In this document: piece after piece, positions 35,872-44,965 of the stretch
How positions within the stretch are numbered: position 1 is the first letter of the stretch
Layout: the number at the start of each line of letters is the position of its first letter
Assembly: GCA_963779425.1 (NCBI GenBank)
Contig: CAVZYD010000004.1
Coordinates: 189,849-253,848, forward strand
DNA: 64,000 bases
Origin: an uncultured Acidimicrobiaceae bacterium
GTDB lineage: Bacteria > Actinomycetota > Acidimicrobiia > Acidimicrobiales > Bog-793
Direction: 5' to 3'
The notes under the pieces: model-generated
Databases searched by the model: none
Seen by the model: only the letters and a program-made list of their open reading frames with translations
Told to the model about the DNA's origin: nothing
Position numbers and translations under genes: made by a program

Positions 35872-36916
35872 GACGGTGCCCGTGCCAGGCGCGGTGCCGA
35901 CCACAGGCACTGCGGTACGACCCGGGCCTCTCTTGGAGCTCGACAAGATCTCAGTGAGCTTTGTTGTTGAGCACGGGCGCGTGCTACGAGCTGTCGACTC
36001 GGTCAGCTTCCAGGTCGGAAAGGGCCAGGTCCTCGGCCTAGTCGGCGAGTCCGGGTGTGGGAAAACCACGGTCGCGAAGTGTGTAGTGGGCCAGATCACG
36101 CCTAGCTCTGGGGTCGTGCGGCTCGAGGGTCGTGAGCTCGGCCCGAAGCGGACCACCGAGGAGAGGCGAGCGCTGCAGATGGTCTTTCAGGACCCCTACT
36201 CGTCCCTCAATCCCCGTATGAGCGTCCGCCACGTGCTGAGCGAGCTACTGCGAGTCCACCGACTCGTGCCACCAGGCGGGATCGAGGACCGGTGCAGGGA
36301 ATTGATGGGCCTTGTCGGCCTGCCGCCCGATGCGCTCGGCGGCTTGCCCGGGCAGTTCTCCGGGGGTCAGCGACAGCGCATCGCCATCGCCCGGGCGCTC
36401 GCAGTCGAGCCGCGGGTCATCATCGCCGACGAGCCGGTCTCCGCCCTAGACGTCTCGGTGCAGGCCACGGTCCTGCGGCTCTTCGAGGACCTCGGCAGCC
36501 GTCTCGGGCTCACGATCGTCTTCATCTCGCACAACCTCGCCGTCGTGCGCCACTTGAGTAGCCGCGTGGTGGTCATGTACCTGGGCAGGGTCGTGGAGGA
36601 GGGCAACCGTGAGTCGGTCTTCTCCGACCCGCGGCATCCATACACCCACGCCCTGCTCGAGGCCGCGCCCCGCTTGCACCAGACCGAGCTCGTCCAGCCC
36701 GTGGTGAAAGGGGAGCCTCCGAGCCCGATCGACATCCCCACGGGCTGCTCGTTCCATCCCCGATGCCCTCGCGCCGAGGACCTGTGCTGCCGGGAAAGGC
36801 CACCCCTCGAACAAGTCGACATCGGGGAGAGCCACCTGGCGGCGTGCCATTTCCGCAAAGAACGCTTTGCCGACTTTGCTCGTCAAGCTTCTCCCGGCCG
36901 CTCGGAGGACCTTTGA
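35864..36916 (+). CDS. ABC ATP-binding protein (DppF/OppF-like)
   Basis: Contains GESGCGKTT, FSGGQRQRIAIA, IIADEPVSALD and CSFHPRCP. Confidence 0.9.
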   Translation: MPETVPVPGAVPTTGTAVRPGPLLELDKISVSFVVEHGRVLRAVDSVSFQVGKGQVLGLVGESGCGKTTVAKCVVGQITPSSGVVRLEGRELGPKRTTEERRALQMVFQDPYSSLNPRMSVRHVLSELLRVHRLVPPGGIEDRCRELMGLVGLPPDALGGLPGQFSGGQRQRIAIARALAVEPRVIIADEPVSALDVSVQATVLRLFEDLGSRLGLTIVFISHNLAVVRHLSSRVVVMYLGRVVEEGNRESVFSDPRHPYTHALLEAAPRLHQTELVQPVVKGEPPSPIDIPTGCSFHPRCPRAEDLCCRERPPLEQVDIGESHLAACHFRKERFADFARQASPGRSEDL

Positions 36917-38058
36917 ACGACCCGTACGACAAGCCGAGCCCGGCCAACCCGCTGCTCGACCCTCCTGCGATTGCGCCCGCCCGTTTCGAACGGCTGGGAC
37001 TTGACATCGCTCGCCTGTTCGAGACCAGCCGCGATGTCGTGCTTCCCCAAGCCGAGGCAGTCCTACCCCTCGAGGCCGCCGCCCGGGGCCTGGGCCGGCC
37101 CGGGGTCACCGCCCTCAACCTCGACACGAGCCCGTATGGAGTCGCCTTCGGGCGCTGGCTGGGCGAAACCGGGGCAGAGGTCGTCGGGGTCGCCGCCCCC
37201 GCGCCCTTTGAGGCCGTCAAGCCGGAGGCGGTCGAAAGAGCCATCAAGGAGAACCCCGAGATATCGATCGTGAGCTTCGTGCACGTCGAGGCAGCCAGCG
37301 GCGTCCGCAACGACGCCGCGGCGATCACGGCCCTTGCCCGCGAGCACGGCGCCCTCGTGGTCATCGACGTCGTCGCTTCGATCGGGGCGCACCAGGTCAC
37401 CCTCGACGCCTGGGGTGCCGACGTGGCCGTCATCGGGCCGCAAAAGGCCCTGGCAGGGCCCGCCGGGATCTCGGTCGCGGCTATCAGCGATCGCGCCTGG
37501 CGGGCGATGTCAGACAACCCGGGCGCACCGAGGGGCTCGCTTCTCTCCTTGCTCGACTGGAAGGAGCGCTGGCTCGACACCGACAAGAGCGCCATTCCGG
37601 GAACGCCGGCGCCACTCGAGATCATCGCTCTCGAAGCGGCTATCGAGCGCGTCTTCAATGAGGGTCTGGGGCTGGTGCAGGGACGACACGAAGCGGCTGC
37701 GGCGGCCAGCCGGTCCGGGGCGCGGGCGCTCGGCCTCACCCCTTATGTGGCCGACTCCGACGCCGCCGTAGTGGCGACAACTCTTCGCGCGCCTGAAGGC
37801 AGCGACGCCCGCTCCTTGGTCGAACAAGCGAGGGCGGGCCGTCAAGTCGCCATCTCGCCCGGCTTCGGTGAGCTTGCCGCGGCCGTGATACGGGTCGACC
37901 ACACGGGCCAGCGCGCCCGGCTCGATGTCGTCCTCGAAGCTCTCGAAGCCCTCGGGCGCAGCCTCGCCAGCTCGGCTCAGCTGCGCGGCTCGGTTCCGGC
38001 CGCGCTCGAGGCCGCAGAAAGGGCCTGGGCGCTCTCGCCAGGGCCAGGCGCTGTCTAG
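36913..38058 (+). CDS. Class V (AGXT/SPT-like) pyridoxal-phosphate aminotransferase
   Basis: The TTG start overlaps the upstream stop (TTGA). Contains VSFVHVEAASGV, VIDVVASIG and IGPQKALAGPAG (PLP lysine). Confidence 0.7.
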   Translation: MNDPYDKPSPANPLLDPPAIAPARFERLGLDIARLFETSRDVVLPQAEAVLPLEAAARGLGRPGVTALNLDTSPYGVAFGRWLGETGAEVVGVAAPAPFEAVKPEAVERAIKENPEISIVSFVHVEAASGVRNDAAAITALAREHGALVVIDVVASIGAHQVTLDAWGADVAVIGPQKALAGPAGISVAAISDRAWRAMSDNPGAPRGSLLSLLDWKERWLDTDKSAIPGTPAPLEIIALEAAIERVFNEGLGLVQGRHEAAAAASRSGARALGLTPYVADSDAAVVATTLRAPEGSDARSLVEQARAGRQVAISPGFGELAAAVIRVDHTGQRARLDVVLEALEALGRSLASSAQLRGSVPAALEAAERAWALSPGPGAV

Positions 38059-38103
38059 GTCCCTGAAGCCCCGGGCCGCCCGGCTCGTCGGCACAGGGCC
38101 GCA

Positions 38104-38934
38104 CTATCGGCGCTCTGCGTCGACGAGCCGAGCAGCGTTCCCGCCAGCGATGTCCTGGCCGAGCGGCCGGCCATAGGCAGCCGAGCGCTCCGCCACGTCG
38201 AAGAGCTTTGCCTGCCACCCGTGCGAGCCGAGCCACTCGACCGCCTGCTCGGCGTGAGCCGAACGGAAGAGCGCGAGGTAGTCTTCCGGGCCGTCTGGAG
38301 CCTCCCGATGGGCCTCCCGCCACGAGTTGAGGCGCCTCGCGCTCGCGAGGGTGAGACCGAGCCGGCTGCCCGGTGGCGAGAGCTCGGCCGCGCGCACGAC
38401 GAGAGAATCGCTCGTCGTCGGCGACAGGTAGGCGAGCAGCCCCTCGGCGATCCATACGACCGCCGAACCGGACGCAAAGCCTGCTCTTAGAAGGGGCCCG
38501 CTCCAGTCCTCGGAGAGATCGACTGGCACGCTGATGCGTACACATGCCGGTTGCCAGCCCTCGGCCTCGATCACAGCATGTTTGAACTCCAGCACGCCCT
38601 TGAGATCTAGCTCGAAGAGCCTGACCGCCTCCGGCCAGGCCAAGCGGAAGGCACGGGCGTCAAGGCCGGCGCCGAGGATGACGACCTGACGGGCCCCACC
38701 GGCACAGGCCTCGAGGAGGAGATCGTCGAGGAAACGGGTCCGGACATTGATCCAGGCGACCAGGGCCGCCCTGCGACCCTCGCCGAGGTCGTCCGCCCAG
38801 CGAGTCGACCCGGCCGCGCGCACAAAGCCGGCAGCGAACGGATCGGCAAAGAGCCGGTCGGCCCGGGCCGTCTCGGCGGCGCGGGCGGCGGCGACGCCGA
38901 AGGCCGTCAGCGAAACCTCAGGCAGCACCGGCAA
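38104..38934 (-). CDS. SAM-dependent O-methyltransferase (leucine carboxyl methyltransferase / TIGR00027 family)
   Basis: Contains TAFGVAAARAAE..DRLFADPFA, VVILGAGLDARAF and WIAEGLLAYL. Confidence 0.8.
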   Translation of the reverse strand: MPVLPEVSLTAFGVAAARAAETARADRLFADPFAAGFVRAAGSTRWADDLGEGRRAALVAWINVRTRFLDDLLLEACAGGARQVVILGAGLDARAFRLAWPEAVRLFELDLKGVLEFKHAVIEAEGWQPACVRISVPVDLSEDWSGPLLRAGFASGSAVVWIAEGLLAYLSPTTSDSLVVRAAELSPPGSRLGLTLASARRLNSWREAHREAPDGPEDYLALFRSAHAEQAVEWLGSHGWQAKLFDVAERSAAYGRPLGQDIAGGNAARLVDAERR

Positions 38935-38952
38935 GGCCGCTCGCGCAGCTCG

Positions 38953-39330
38953 TCAAAGGTCGTATGCAGTCGGGTGCTTAGGCTGGTACACGAGCAGCTC
39001 TCCCGCGCCGGGCACAACGAGAGCGGTGGTCAGCCCGAACCCGTCGTCTCTCACGGGCCGGGAGAACGTGGCACCTTTCGCAGTCAGCTCTGCGACCGTC
39101 TCGTCGATGTCATCGCAAACGAGAGAGATCTCGTGGTGCTGGGGGGTCGACCAAGCCTCTCCGCCGTGCTCGCCCGAGGTCGGGTGAATCCCGAGCTCGG
39201 AGGGCCCTGTCTTGAAGATGAGCCATCCACCGTGGGTGTCTAGGTTCGGCCAGCCGAGGACGTCTTTGAAAAACGTCCGGGCGGCCTCGGCATCGTCGGC
39301 GTAGATCAGGTTGTGAACCGCAGTGATCAT
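38953..39330 (-). CDS. VOC/glyoxalase-bleomycin resistance family protein
   Basis: Contains FFKDVLGWP and GIHPTSGEHGG...HHEISLVCDDID. The start may instead be the GTG at 39354. Confidence 0.75.
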   Translation of the reverse strand: MITAVHNLIYADDAEAARTFFKDVLGWPNLDTHGGWLIFKTGPSELGIHPTSGEHGGEAWSTPQHHEISLVCDDIDETVAELTAKGATFSRPVRDDGFGLTTALVVPGAGELLVYQPKHPTAYDL

Positions 39331-39711
39331 CGCGTCACGGTAGACCACCCGCACGCCGCTTGTGCGGGAAACCCGTTGCTAACAAGACCACCAGGACCGA
39401 AATGCCGCCCCTGTTCGGATGCGCTTGAGCCTTGAGCCAAAGGGGTAAAGTCGTTGGTGGTTCCCCGAGTGGAATCAGGAAGGGGGGCTCGAACATAAGC
39501 GTACGAGACAAATTCCTATGCATCGCAAGCGGTGACCCAAAGCTCGGGGGCACCTCTTAGAACCTGAGGCTGGCGCTCAGGATGTGGACGGTGACGAGAA
39601 TGCGCCGGTCGGGGCATTTCCGCAGCGGTCAGAGCACACAAAGCTCGCCTGAGGCCTCAAGCTCCCGGAGACTTAACGGCCCTCTTGGGATGCAGACAAT
39701 TGAACAGACTG

Positions 39712-39742
39712 GTGCCCGCTCCCCGCAAAAAGGGGCGGGCAC
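39712..39742 (-). terminator. GC-rich hairpin 29 nt downstream of the minus-strand gene 39771..40082; may act in both directions
   Basis: GTGCCCGCTCCCC - GCAAAAA - GGGGCGGGCAC (11 bp with one bulge). The plus strand continues TTTCC, and the T-run lies in the loop on the minus strand. Confidence 0.5.
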
Positions 39743-39770
39743 TTTCCGTGCCGGCGCCTGCGGTGAGTGC

Positions 39771-40082
39771 TTAGCCCTCAGGATCGGACAGGGTTGGCGA
39801 TGCGGGACGGGTCCCTTTCGGGACGTAATCGAAAAACCGCTCCGTCTCTCCGTTCGCGGTCCACTCGGCGCGAAGCCGCGTCCGCCGCTCGACGCGACGT
39901 AGTGCGGACAAGAGAAACCGGTTGAGCTCGCGCGCGTCCGCCCCCCTCATCCAGCCATCGACGTGGAACCCCTCTGCTGTCTCCGTGACGCTGCCATCTA
40001 TGAGGTCCTCGAGCAGAGACACGATGGCAGCCGGGTTGTCCGAGCTGACATCGGCGATGAGGTGAAAAGCGGTTTCGGTCAC
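39771..40082 (-). CDS. Hypothetical protein (103 aa)
   Basis: The GTG start was chosen because the longer ORF extension is Cys/Arg-rich junk. No family was recognised. Confidence 0.45.
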   Translation of the reverse strand: MTETAFHLIADVSSDNPAAIVSLLEDLIDGSVTETAEGFHVDGWMRGADARELNRFLLSALRRVERRTRLRAEWTANGETERFFDYVPKGTRPASPTLSDPEG

Positions 40083-40390
40083 GTCGCAAGTCTGCCAGCT
40101 CAGCGTCGAGGTCCCCAGGGTTAGACGTCCGCAGCCTGCCGCGCTTTGGCGCCTTTCCCACAAAACCGGGGGGCGGAGCGGCCCACCGGGCGGAAAAGTT
40201 CCGGTCAGGATGACCCCGAAGCGATGAGTCCGTCCCTGGGCATCTGCTCTATTGCAACACCTGACCGCTTGCAAGACGGCGGGACCGGCGCCGAAGGTTC
40301 CTCGACCCTCCCGCAGGATAGGACAGATGATAAAAACAAGGGCGTGAGCCGGAGCCGATGGTCTTTGTGGTCCGAGGACTCGTTTCTCTC

Positions 40391-40606
40391 GATCGGCTCG
40401 AAGGGCTCCGTCTTGTCGATCGGTTCGATCGGCTCGGCCTGCTCGATCGGTTCGATCGGTTCGGCCTGCTCGATCGGTTCGATCGGCAGCTTCTTCTCGG
40501 CCTTCTCAGCTCTTTCTGCTGGGTCTGTTTTTTCGCTGCTCTCGGCAGGGTCCCGTTTCTCGGCCCTTTCGGCGGGTTCGCGCTCTTCTGCCTCGATCGA
40601 TAGGTC
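40391..40606. repeat. Eight in-phase 27-bp tandem units (units 2-4 near-identical) carrying 8 CGATCG palindromes
   Basis: Units start at 40391, 40418, 40445, 40472, 40499, 40526, 40553 and 40580. CGATCG occurs at 40390, 40417, 40426, 40444, 40453, 40471, 40480 and 40594. Confidence 0.9.
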
Positions 40607-40647
40607 CGAAGAACAACCGCGGCTAATCTCGAACTGAGCGTAAGTGG

Positions 40648-42138
40648 ATGGAAACGACCCCCGAACAGCCAGATATGGCCGCGCCAGTGCCTGCCGCCCC
40701 GGCGAGCCTGCGCGCTGACGCACCGCTGCTCAACGGCTACCTGAGCTTCCTCGAGTCGCATCCAACCCCTTTCACGACCCCTGGGCACAAGGGACGGGCC
40801 GGCACGCTCGACAAGGACCTCGCAGCAGTGGTGGCGGGCGACATCCCCCTCTACGGCGGGGTCGACACCGTCAAGTCGGCGCATGGTCTCCTCGCCTCGG
40901 CCCAGGAGCGTTCCGCGAAGCTGTACGGCGCGGACTGGTGCCGTTACTCCTCGGGAGGCTCCACTCACACCAACCAGGCGCTCTGCCTCGCCCTCGGCCG
41001 TCCGGGCGACAAGGTCGTCGTGACCCGCTCCCTGCACCGGTCACTTCTCCTCGGCATGGTGATGGCGGACCTCGAGCCCTGCTGGCTGCCGACGAAGATC
41101 GACCCGACCACCGACATGCCGCTCGGGGTCGCCGTCGCAGACGTCGAAAGGACGCTGAAGGCCAACGCTGACGCCCGGGCCGTGCTCGTCACGGAGCCCG
41201 GCTACCTGGGCACTCTTTCCGACCTCGCAGACATCATCGAGGTTGCCCACGGCTACGACGTGCCCGTCATCGTTGACCAGGCCTGGGGAGCGCACTTCGG
41301 TCACCATCCCGAACTGCCGCCCAATGCCATGGCTCTCGGGGCGGACGCCATGGTGACGAGCATCCATAAGCTTCTGCCTGGATACACCCAGGCGAGCCTG
41401 GTCTGCGCCCGCACCCTGCGGCTCGACGCGGACAGGCTGGACTGGGGCTTCGAAGCCGGCGCCACCACGAGCGCGGCCGGGGCGGTGCTGGCGAGCATCG
41501 ACGCCTGCCGGGCACTAATGGAAGCCCGCGGCCCAGAGCTGCTGGAAGGTGTCATCCGCAATGTCGCCAATGCCCGGCGGCGCCTGCGCGAGGAGGTGCC
41601 GGGGCTCAAGGTCCCCGACGAGCACTTTTTCCCACCTGGTCGCTTCGACACGACGCGCCTCGTGCTGTTGCTCTCAGGCGTAGGAGCGAACGGTGTCGAG
41701 ATCGAACGCAAGCTCGTCGAACAGGGAATCCCCCTGGAGCTGGCCGATCGTGACACGATCGTGGCAATCGTCACTGTTGCGGACGACGAGTCCACCTTGG
41801 ACAAGCTCGTGAGCGCTCTCGTCCCCGCCATACGAGAGAGCGCGGGCCCACCTCGCCCGCCCTCGGTCGCGTTGAGCTGGGACGTCCAGCCCGTGTACGC
41901 CATGAGCCCGCGGGCGGCCTTCTTCTCCGCCCATGAGTCGGTCCCTGCCGACCTTGCCGTCGGCCGTGTCTCGGCCGAGCTGATCGCTCCCTACCCGCCC
42001 GGCATCCCGGTGCTGGCGCCGGGCGAGCTCGTCACTGAGGCTCTCCTCGCCGGCTTGCGAGCGGTCGCCGCCGACGGGGTACGCGTCGCCTATGCGTCGG
42101 ACCCGACCTTGTCGAGGCTCGAGGTCGTCCGAGCCTGA
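40648..42138 (+). CDS. Orn/Lys/Arg decarboxylase-family PLP enzyme
   Basis: Contains FTTPGHKGRAG and the PLP lysine in MVTSIHKLLPGYTQAS, plus a C-terminal domain (AELIAPYPPGIPVLAPGE). Confidence 0.8.
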   Translation: METTPEQPDMAAPVPAAPASLRADAPLLNGYLSFLESHPTPFTTPGHKGRAGTLDKDLAAVVAGDIPLYGGVDTVKSAHGLLASAQERSAKLYGADWCRYSSGGSTHTNQALCLALGRPGDKVVVTRSLHRSLLLGMVMADLEPCWLPTKIDPTTDMPLGVAVADVERTLKANADARAVLVTEPGYLGTLSDLADIIEVAHGYDVPVIVDQAWGAHFGHHPELPPNAMALGADAMVTSIHKLLPGYTQASLVCARTLRLDADRLDWGFEAGATTSAAGAVLASIDACRALMEARGPELLEGVIRNVANARRRLREEVPGLKVPDEHFFPPGRFDTTRLVLLLSGVGANGVEIERKLVEQGIPLELADRDTIVAIVTVADDESTLDKLVSALVPAIRESAGPPRPPSVALSWDVQPVYAMSPRAAFFSAHESVPADLAVGRVSAELIAPYPPGIPVLAPGELVTEALLAGLRAVAADGVRVAYASDPTLSRLEVVRA

Positions 42139-42168
42139 CTCAGCAGGTGACCGCCGTCGCCGAGCACC

Positions 42169-43350
42169 TCATTCGGCTTCGAGCAGGAGCGCCATGCCCT
42201 GCCCACTGCCCACGCACATCGTCGCGACACCACGCTGCAGTCCACGTCGACGCAGCTCGTGCAACAGCTTTACGACGAGGATGATCCCAGTCGCCCCGAC
42301 CGGGTGGCCGAGGGCGATCGCCCCACCGTTGACGTTCACCTTGGCCTCGTCAAGCTTCAGCTCCCGGATCACGGCAATGGTGGAAGAGGCGAAAGCCTCG
42401 TTGAGCTCGAAGAGGTCGATGTCGGCGATATCGAGTCCGCCACGCTGCAACAACTTGCGGACAGCAGGAATCGGGCCAGTCCCGAACACGCTCGGCTCTA
42501 CGCCCGCCGACGCCCAACCTGTCACGTAACCGTCCACGGCAAAGCGCCTGTCGCGTGCAACTGCTTCTGTGCTCAGGAGGAAGGCGGCAGCACCGTCGTT
42601 GATTCCAGACGAGTTCCCGGCTGTGACCGTGCCCCGGAGGTCGAACGCCGGCTTCAGCTTCGCGAGCGCCTCGGCCGTGATGCCTCGCCGCGGGTGCTCG
42701 TCGACCGAGAACCAGTTCGGTTCGACGGCCCTCGTCTCGCTGTTGATCGGCACGATGGCGTCAGCGAACCATCCGGCGTCTATGGCCGCCAGCGCCCTGC
42801 GCTGGCTCTCGACGGCGTAGAGGTCCTGGTTCTGGCGTGAGATCTTGTACTCGGCGGCCACCTTCTCCGCCATCGGGCCGGCATCGCCGAGGATGTAGTC
42901 GGCGAGGAAGTCGATGAGGACGCCATTGCCCAGCCGGTAGCCTCTGCGGGCTTTATCCAGCAAATACGGGGTGTTGCTCATGGACTCGGTCCCGACGGCC
43001 ACCCCCACCTCGACGTCGTCACGCAGCAGATCCTGCGAAAGGCTCGTGATTGCCCGCAGGCCCGACGAGCAGTTCATGTTGATGCTGTAGTCGTCCGCCT
43101 CGACGGGGATGCCGGCCCTCAAAAGAACGTGCCGGGCCGGGTTGCCTCCCGGAGTGACTTGGATGTTCTCACCTAGCACGACCCGTTCCACCTCGGCGGG
43201 CTCGGCCCCGGCCCGTGTGAGGCATCCCTTCACCACCTCGGCACCGAGGTCCAATGATGAGATGTTCTGCAATGAGCCGCCGAACCGGCCGATAGCCGTG
43301 CGCGCACCACCACAAAGAGCTATTCGCTGTTCTGCCATTAGGTTTCCCAC
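42169..43350 (-). CDS. Acetyl-CoA C-acyltransferase (thiolase)
   Basis: Contains NMNCSSGLRA (active-site Cys), NGGAIALGHPVGATG and CVGSGQGMA. The start could instead be the ATG at 43338. Confidence 0.9.
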   Translation of the reverse strand: MGNLMAEQRIALCGGARTAIGRFGGSLQNISSLDLGAEVVKGCLTRAGAEPAEVERVVLGENIQVTPGGNPARHVLLRAGIPVEADDYSINMNCSSGLRAITSLSQDLLRDDVEVGVAVGTESMSNTPYLLDKARRGYRLGNGVLIDFLADYILGDAGPMAEKVAAEYKISRQNQDLYAVESQRRALAAIDAGWFADAIVPINSETRAVEPNWFSVDEHPRRGITAEALAKLKPAFDLRGTVTAGNSSGINDGAAAFLLSTEAVARDRRFAVDGYVTGWASAGVEPSVFGTGPIPAVRKLLQRGGLDIADIDLFELNEAFASSTIAVIRELKLDEAKVNVNGGAIALGHPVGATGIILVVKLLHELRRRGLQRGVATMCVGSGQGMALLLEAE

Positions 43351-43381
43351 TTCTCCTTTGATTTCTAGTATGAAAGCCCTG

Positions 43382-44122
43382 TCACCACACCAATCCCCCG
43401 CCGACCTCGATCACCTGCCCTGTTATGTACTTGGCCTCGTCACTGCCCAAGAAGGCGACCAGGGCGGCGACATCACTCGGCTCGCCGGCATGACCGAGCG
43501 GTATCCGGGCCACGACCGAGTCCCACATCTCCGATGAGAGCGCTCGCGTCATGTCCGTCTCGATGAAGCCAGGGCAGATGGCGTTCGCCCTCACCGCGAA
43601 GCGACCACCCTCGCGCGCTGTGGTCAGCGTCAGGCCGACAAGGCCTGCCTTTGCGGCCGCGTAGTTCGCTTGCCCGAGGCTCCCGCGCCATGACAGCGAC
43701 GAGATCCCGATGATGGAGCCGCCCCCAGGCTGTTGCCTCATGACCTGGAGGGCCTTGCGCGTGGCGTAGAACGTACCGGTCAAATCGACCGCCAACACCT
43801 CGTCCCACTGCTCATCGGTCATCTTGTGCAGCATGCCGTCGCGATTGATGCCCGCACAGTTCACAAGGATGTCGAGGCGGTCATAGCCCGTAACGGCCTT
43901 GTCCAGGAGTGCTTCCACATCCTGTTTCTTTGCAACATCACTGACAACTCCTTCTCCAGCCAGGCCGGAGTCGGATAACACAGCCGTGAGGGCAACGACG
44001 TTCTCAGCATTTACATCGCCGAAGACCACTGTGGCTCCGCCTCTTGCCAGACGCTCGACGATTGCTCTGCCAATCCCGCGGCCCCCACCAGTGACCACTG
44101 CCACCTTGTCCTTTAGCTCCAT
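43382..44122 (-). CDS. SDR, 3-oxoacyl-reductase (FabG-like)
   Basis: Contains VTGGGRGIG, NCAGI and YAAAKAG. Confidence 0.85.
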   Translation of the reverse strand: MELKDKVAVVTGGGRGIGRAIVERLARGGATVVFGDVNAENVVALTAVLSDSGLAGEGVVSDVAKKQDVEALLDKAVTGYDRLDILVNCAGINRDGMLHKMTDEQWDEVLAVDLTGTFYATRKALQVMRQQPGGGSIIGISSLSWRGSLGQANYAAAKAGLVGLTLTTAREGGRFAVRANAICPGFIETDMTRALSSEMWDSVVARIPLGHAGEPSDVAALVAFLGSDEAKYITGQVIEVGGGLVW

Positions 44123-44188
44123 CAGCTTCCACTCCTGTCTTTTGTGTAGGGCGGGCTTGCCATTAGCCGGGGTGCCACGCTCACGTCG

Positions 44189-44965
44189 TCACAGGTCCGC
44201 CGTTAGCAGCATGCCACCGTCAATGACCAGCAATATGCCGGTTATATAGCCGGCGTCAGGGCCAATCAGAAAAGACACCGCTCCGGCCACCTCACTCGCC
44301 TCACCGGCACGGCCTAGCGGGACCGTCGAGATGACGTGCGAGAGGTACTCTTTTGAGGCTCCGCCACCCAGATTGGTGCCTATGAATCCGGGTCCCACCG
44401 CATTGACGGTGATGCGGTATGGGGCAAGCTCGCGGGCCAGGCTACGCGTCAACATGAGCAGGCCACCTTTGGAGGCGTCGTAGTCGGTGACTTCTGTGCC
44501 GGGTGCCACCGAATGGACGGAGGCAACGGTCACAATCCGACCCGGAGTGCCTTTGCGTACCATCTCCCGAGCGACCGCCTGTGTGCAGATAAACGAGCCA
44601 GTCAAATTGATGTCAATGGTTCGTCTCCACTGCTCGAGGGAAAGCTCGAGCAGGGGCGTGACCGAGAGGACTCCGGCGTTGCTCACCAACACGGCGATCT
44701 CCCCGGCACCCGCGGCGATGTCGGCCACCACGGCCTCGACTTTTTCGGCGTCGGTGACGTCGACCTGGAAGCTTCTCGTATTGACTCCGTGCGCCCTGTT
44801 GTGGACGAGCGTCTCAGTCGCCTCCAGGCCGCCTGCATCCACGTCGACGAGCGCGAGATCCCACTTCTCCTCGGAAAGCCGGAGAGCGACGGCGCGACCG
44901 ATGCCCGAGCCGGCGCCTGTCACCATCGCCACTCCACGGCCGAGGCCCATGCGATCGGCGCTCAT
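44189..44965 (-). CDS. SDR family oxidoreductase
   Basis: Contains VTGAGSGIG, SNAGV and YDASKGG. ATGA overlap with the upstream gene. Confidence 0.85.
   Translation of the reverse strand: MSADRMGLGRGVAMVTGAGSGIGRAVALRLSEEKWDLALVDVDAGGLEATETLVHNRAHGVNTRSFQVDVTDAEKVEAVVADIAAGAGEIAVLVSNAGVLSVTPLLELSLEQWRRTIDINLTGSFICTQAVAREMVRKGTPGRIVTVASVHSVAPGTEVTDYDASKGGLLMLTRSLARELAPYRITVNAVGPGFIGTNLGGGASKEYLSHVISTVPLGRAGEASEVAGAVSFLIGPDAGYITGILLVIDGGMLLTADL

Noticed and set aside
39488-39505. TCGAAC-ATAA-GCGTAC considered as a possible actinobacterial LexA box. I also looked by eye for RecA-NDp (TGTCRGTG-N8-TAnnnT) motifs.
   Set aside because: The second half-site does not match GTTCGA. The only TGTCAGTG seen (about 48848) lacks the TAnnnT element and lies inside a coding overlap.
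40391-40606. A CRISPR array or tRNA-like elements, suggested by the recurring GGTTCGATC (T-loop-like) strings.
   Set aside because: The repeats are contiguous with no unique spacers, so this is not a CRISPR array. No acceptor, D or anticodon arms can be drawn around the GGTTCGATC strings, which are simply part of the 27-bp unit.
40146-40637. The plus-strand 163-aa ORF with Ser/Gly/Cys-rich repeats (SIGSIGSACSIGS...), considered as a RiPP/azole-peptide precursor.
   Set aside because: It is the third-position-sharing shadow frame of the minus-strand acidic repeat frame, and its codon-position GC pattern is atypical. No cyclodehydratase, dehydrogenase, LanB/LanM or peptidase/transporter genes are nearby. 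I kept it only as an alternative reading in the repeat finding.
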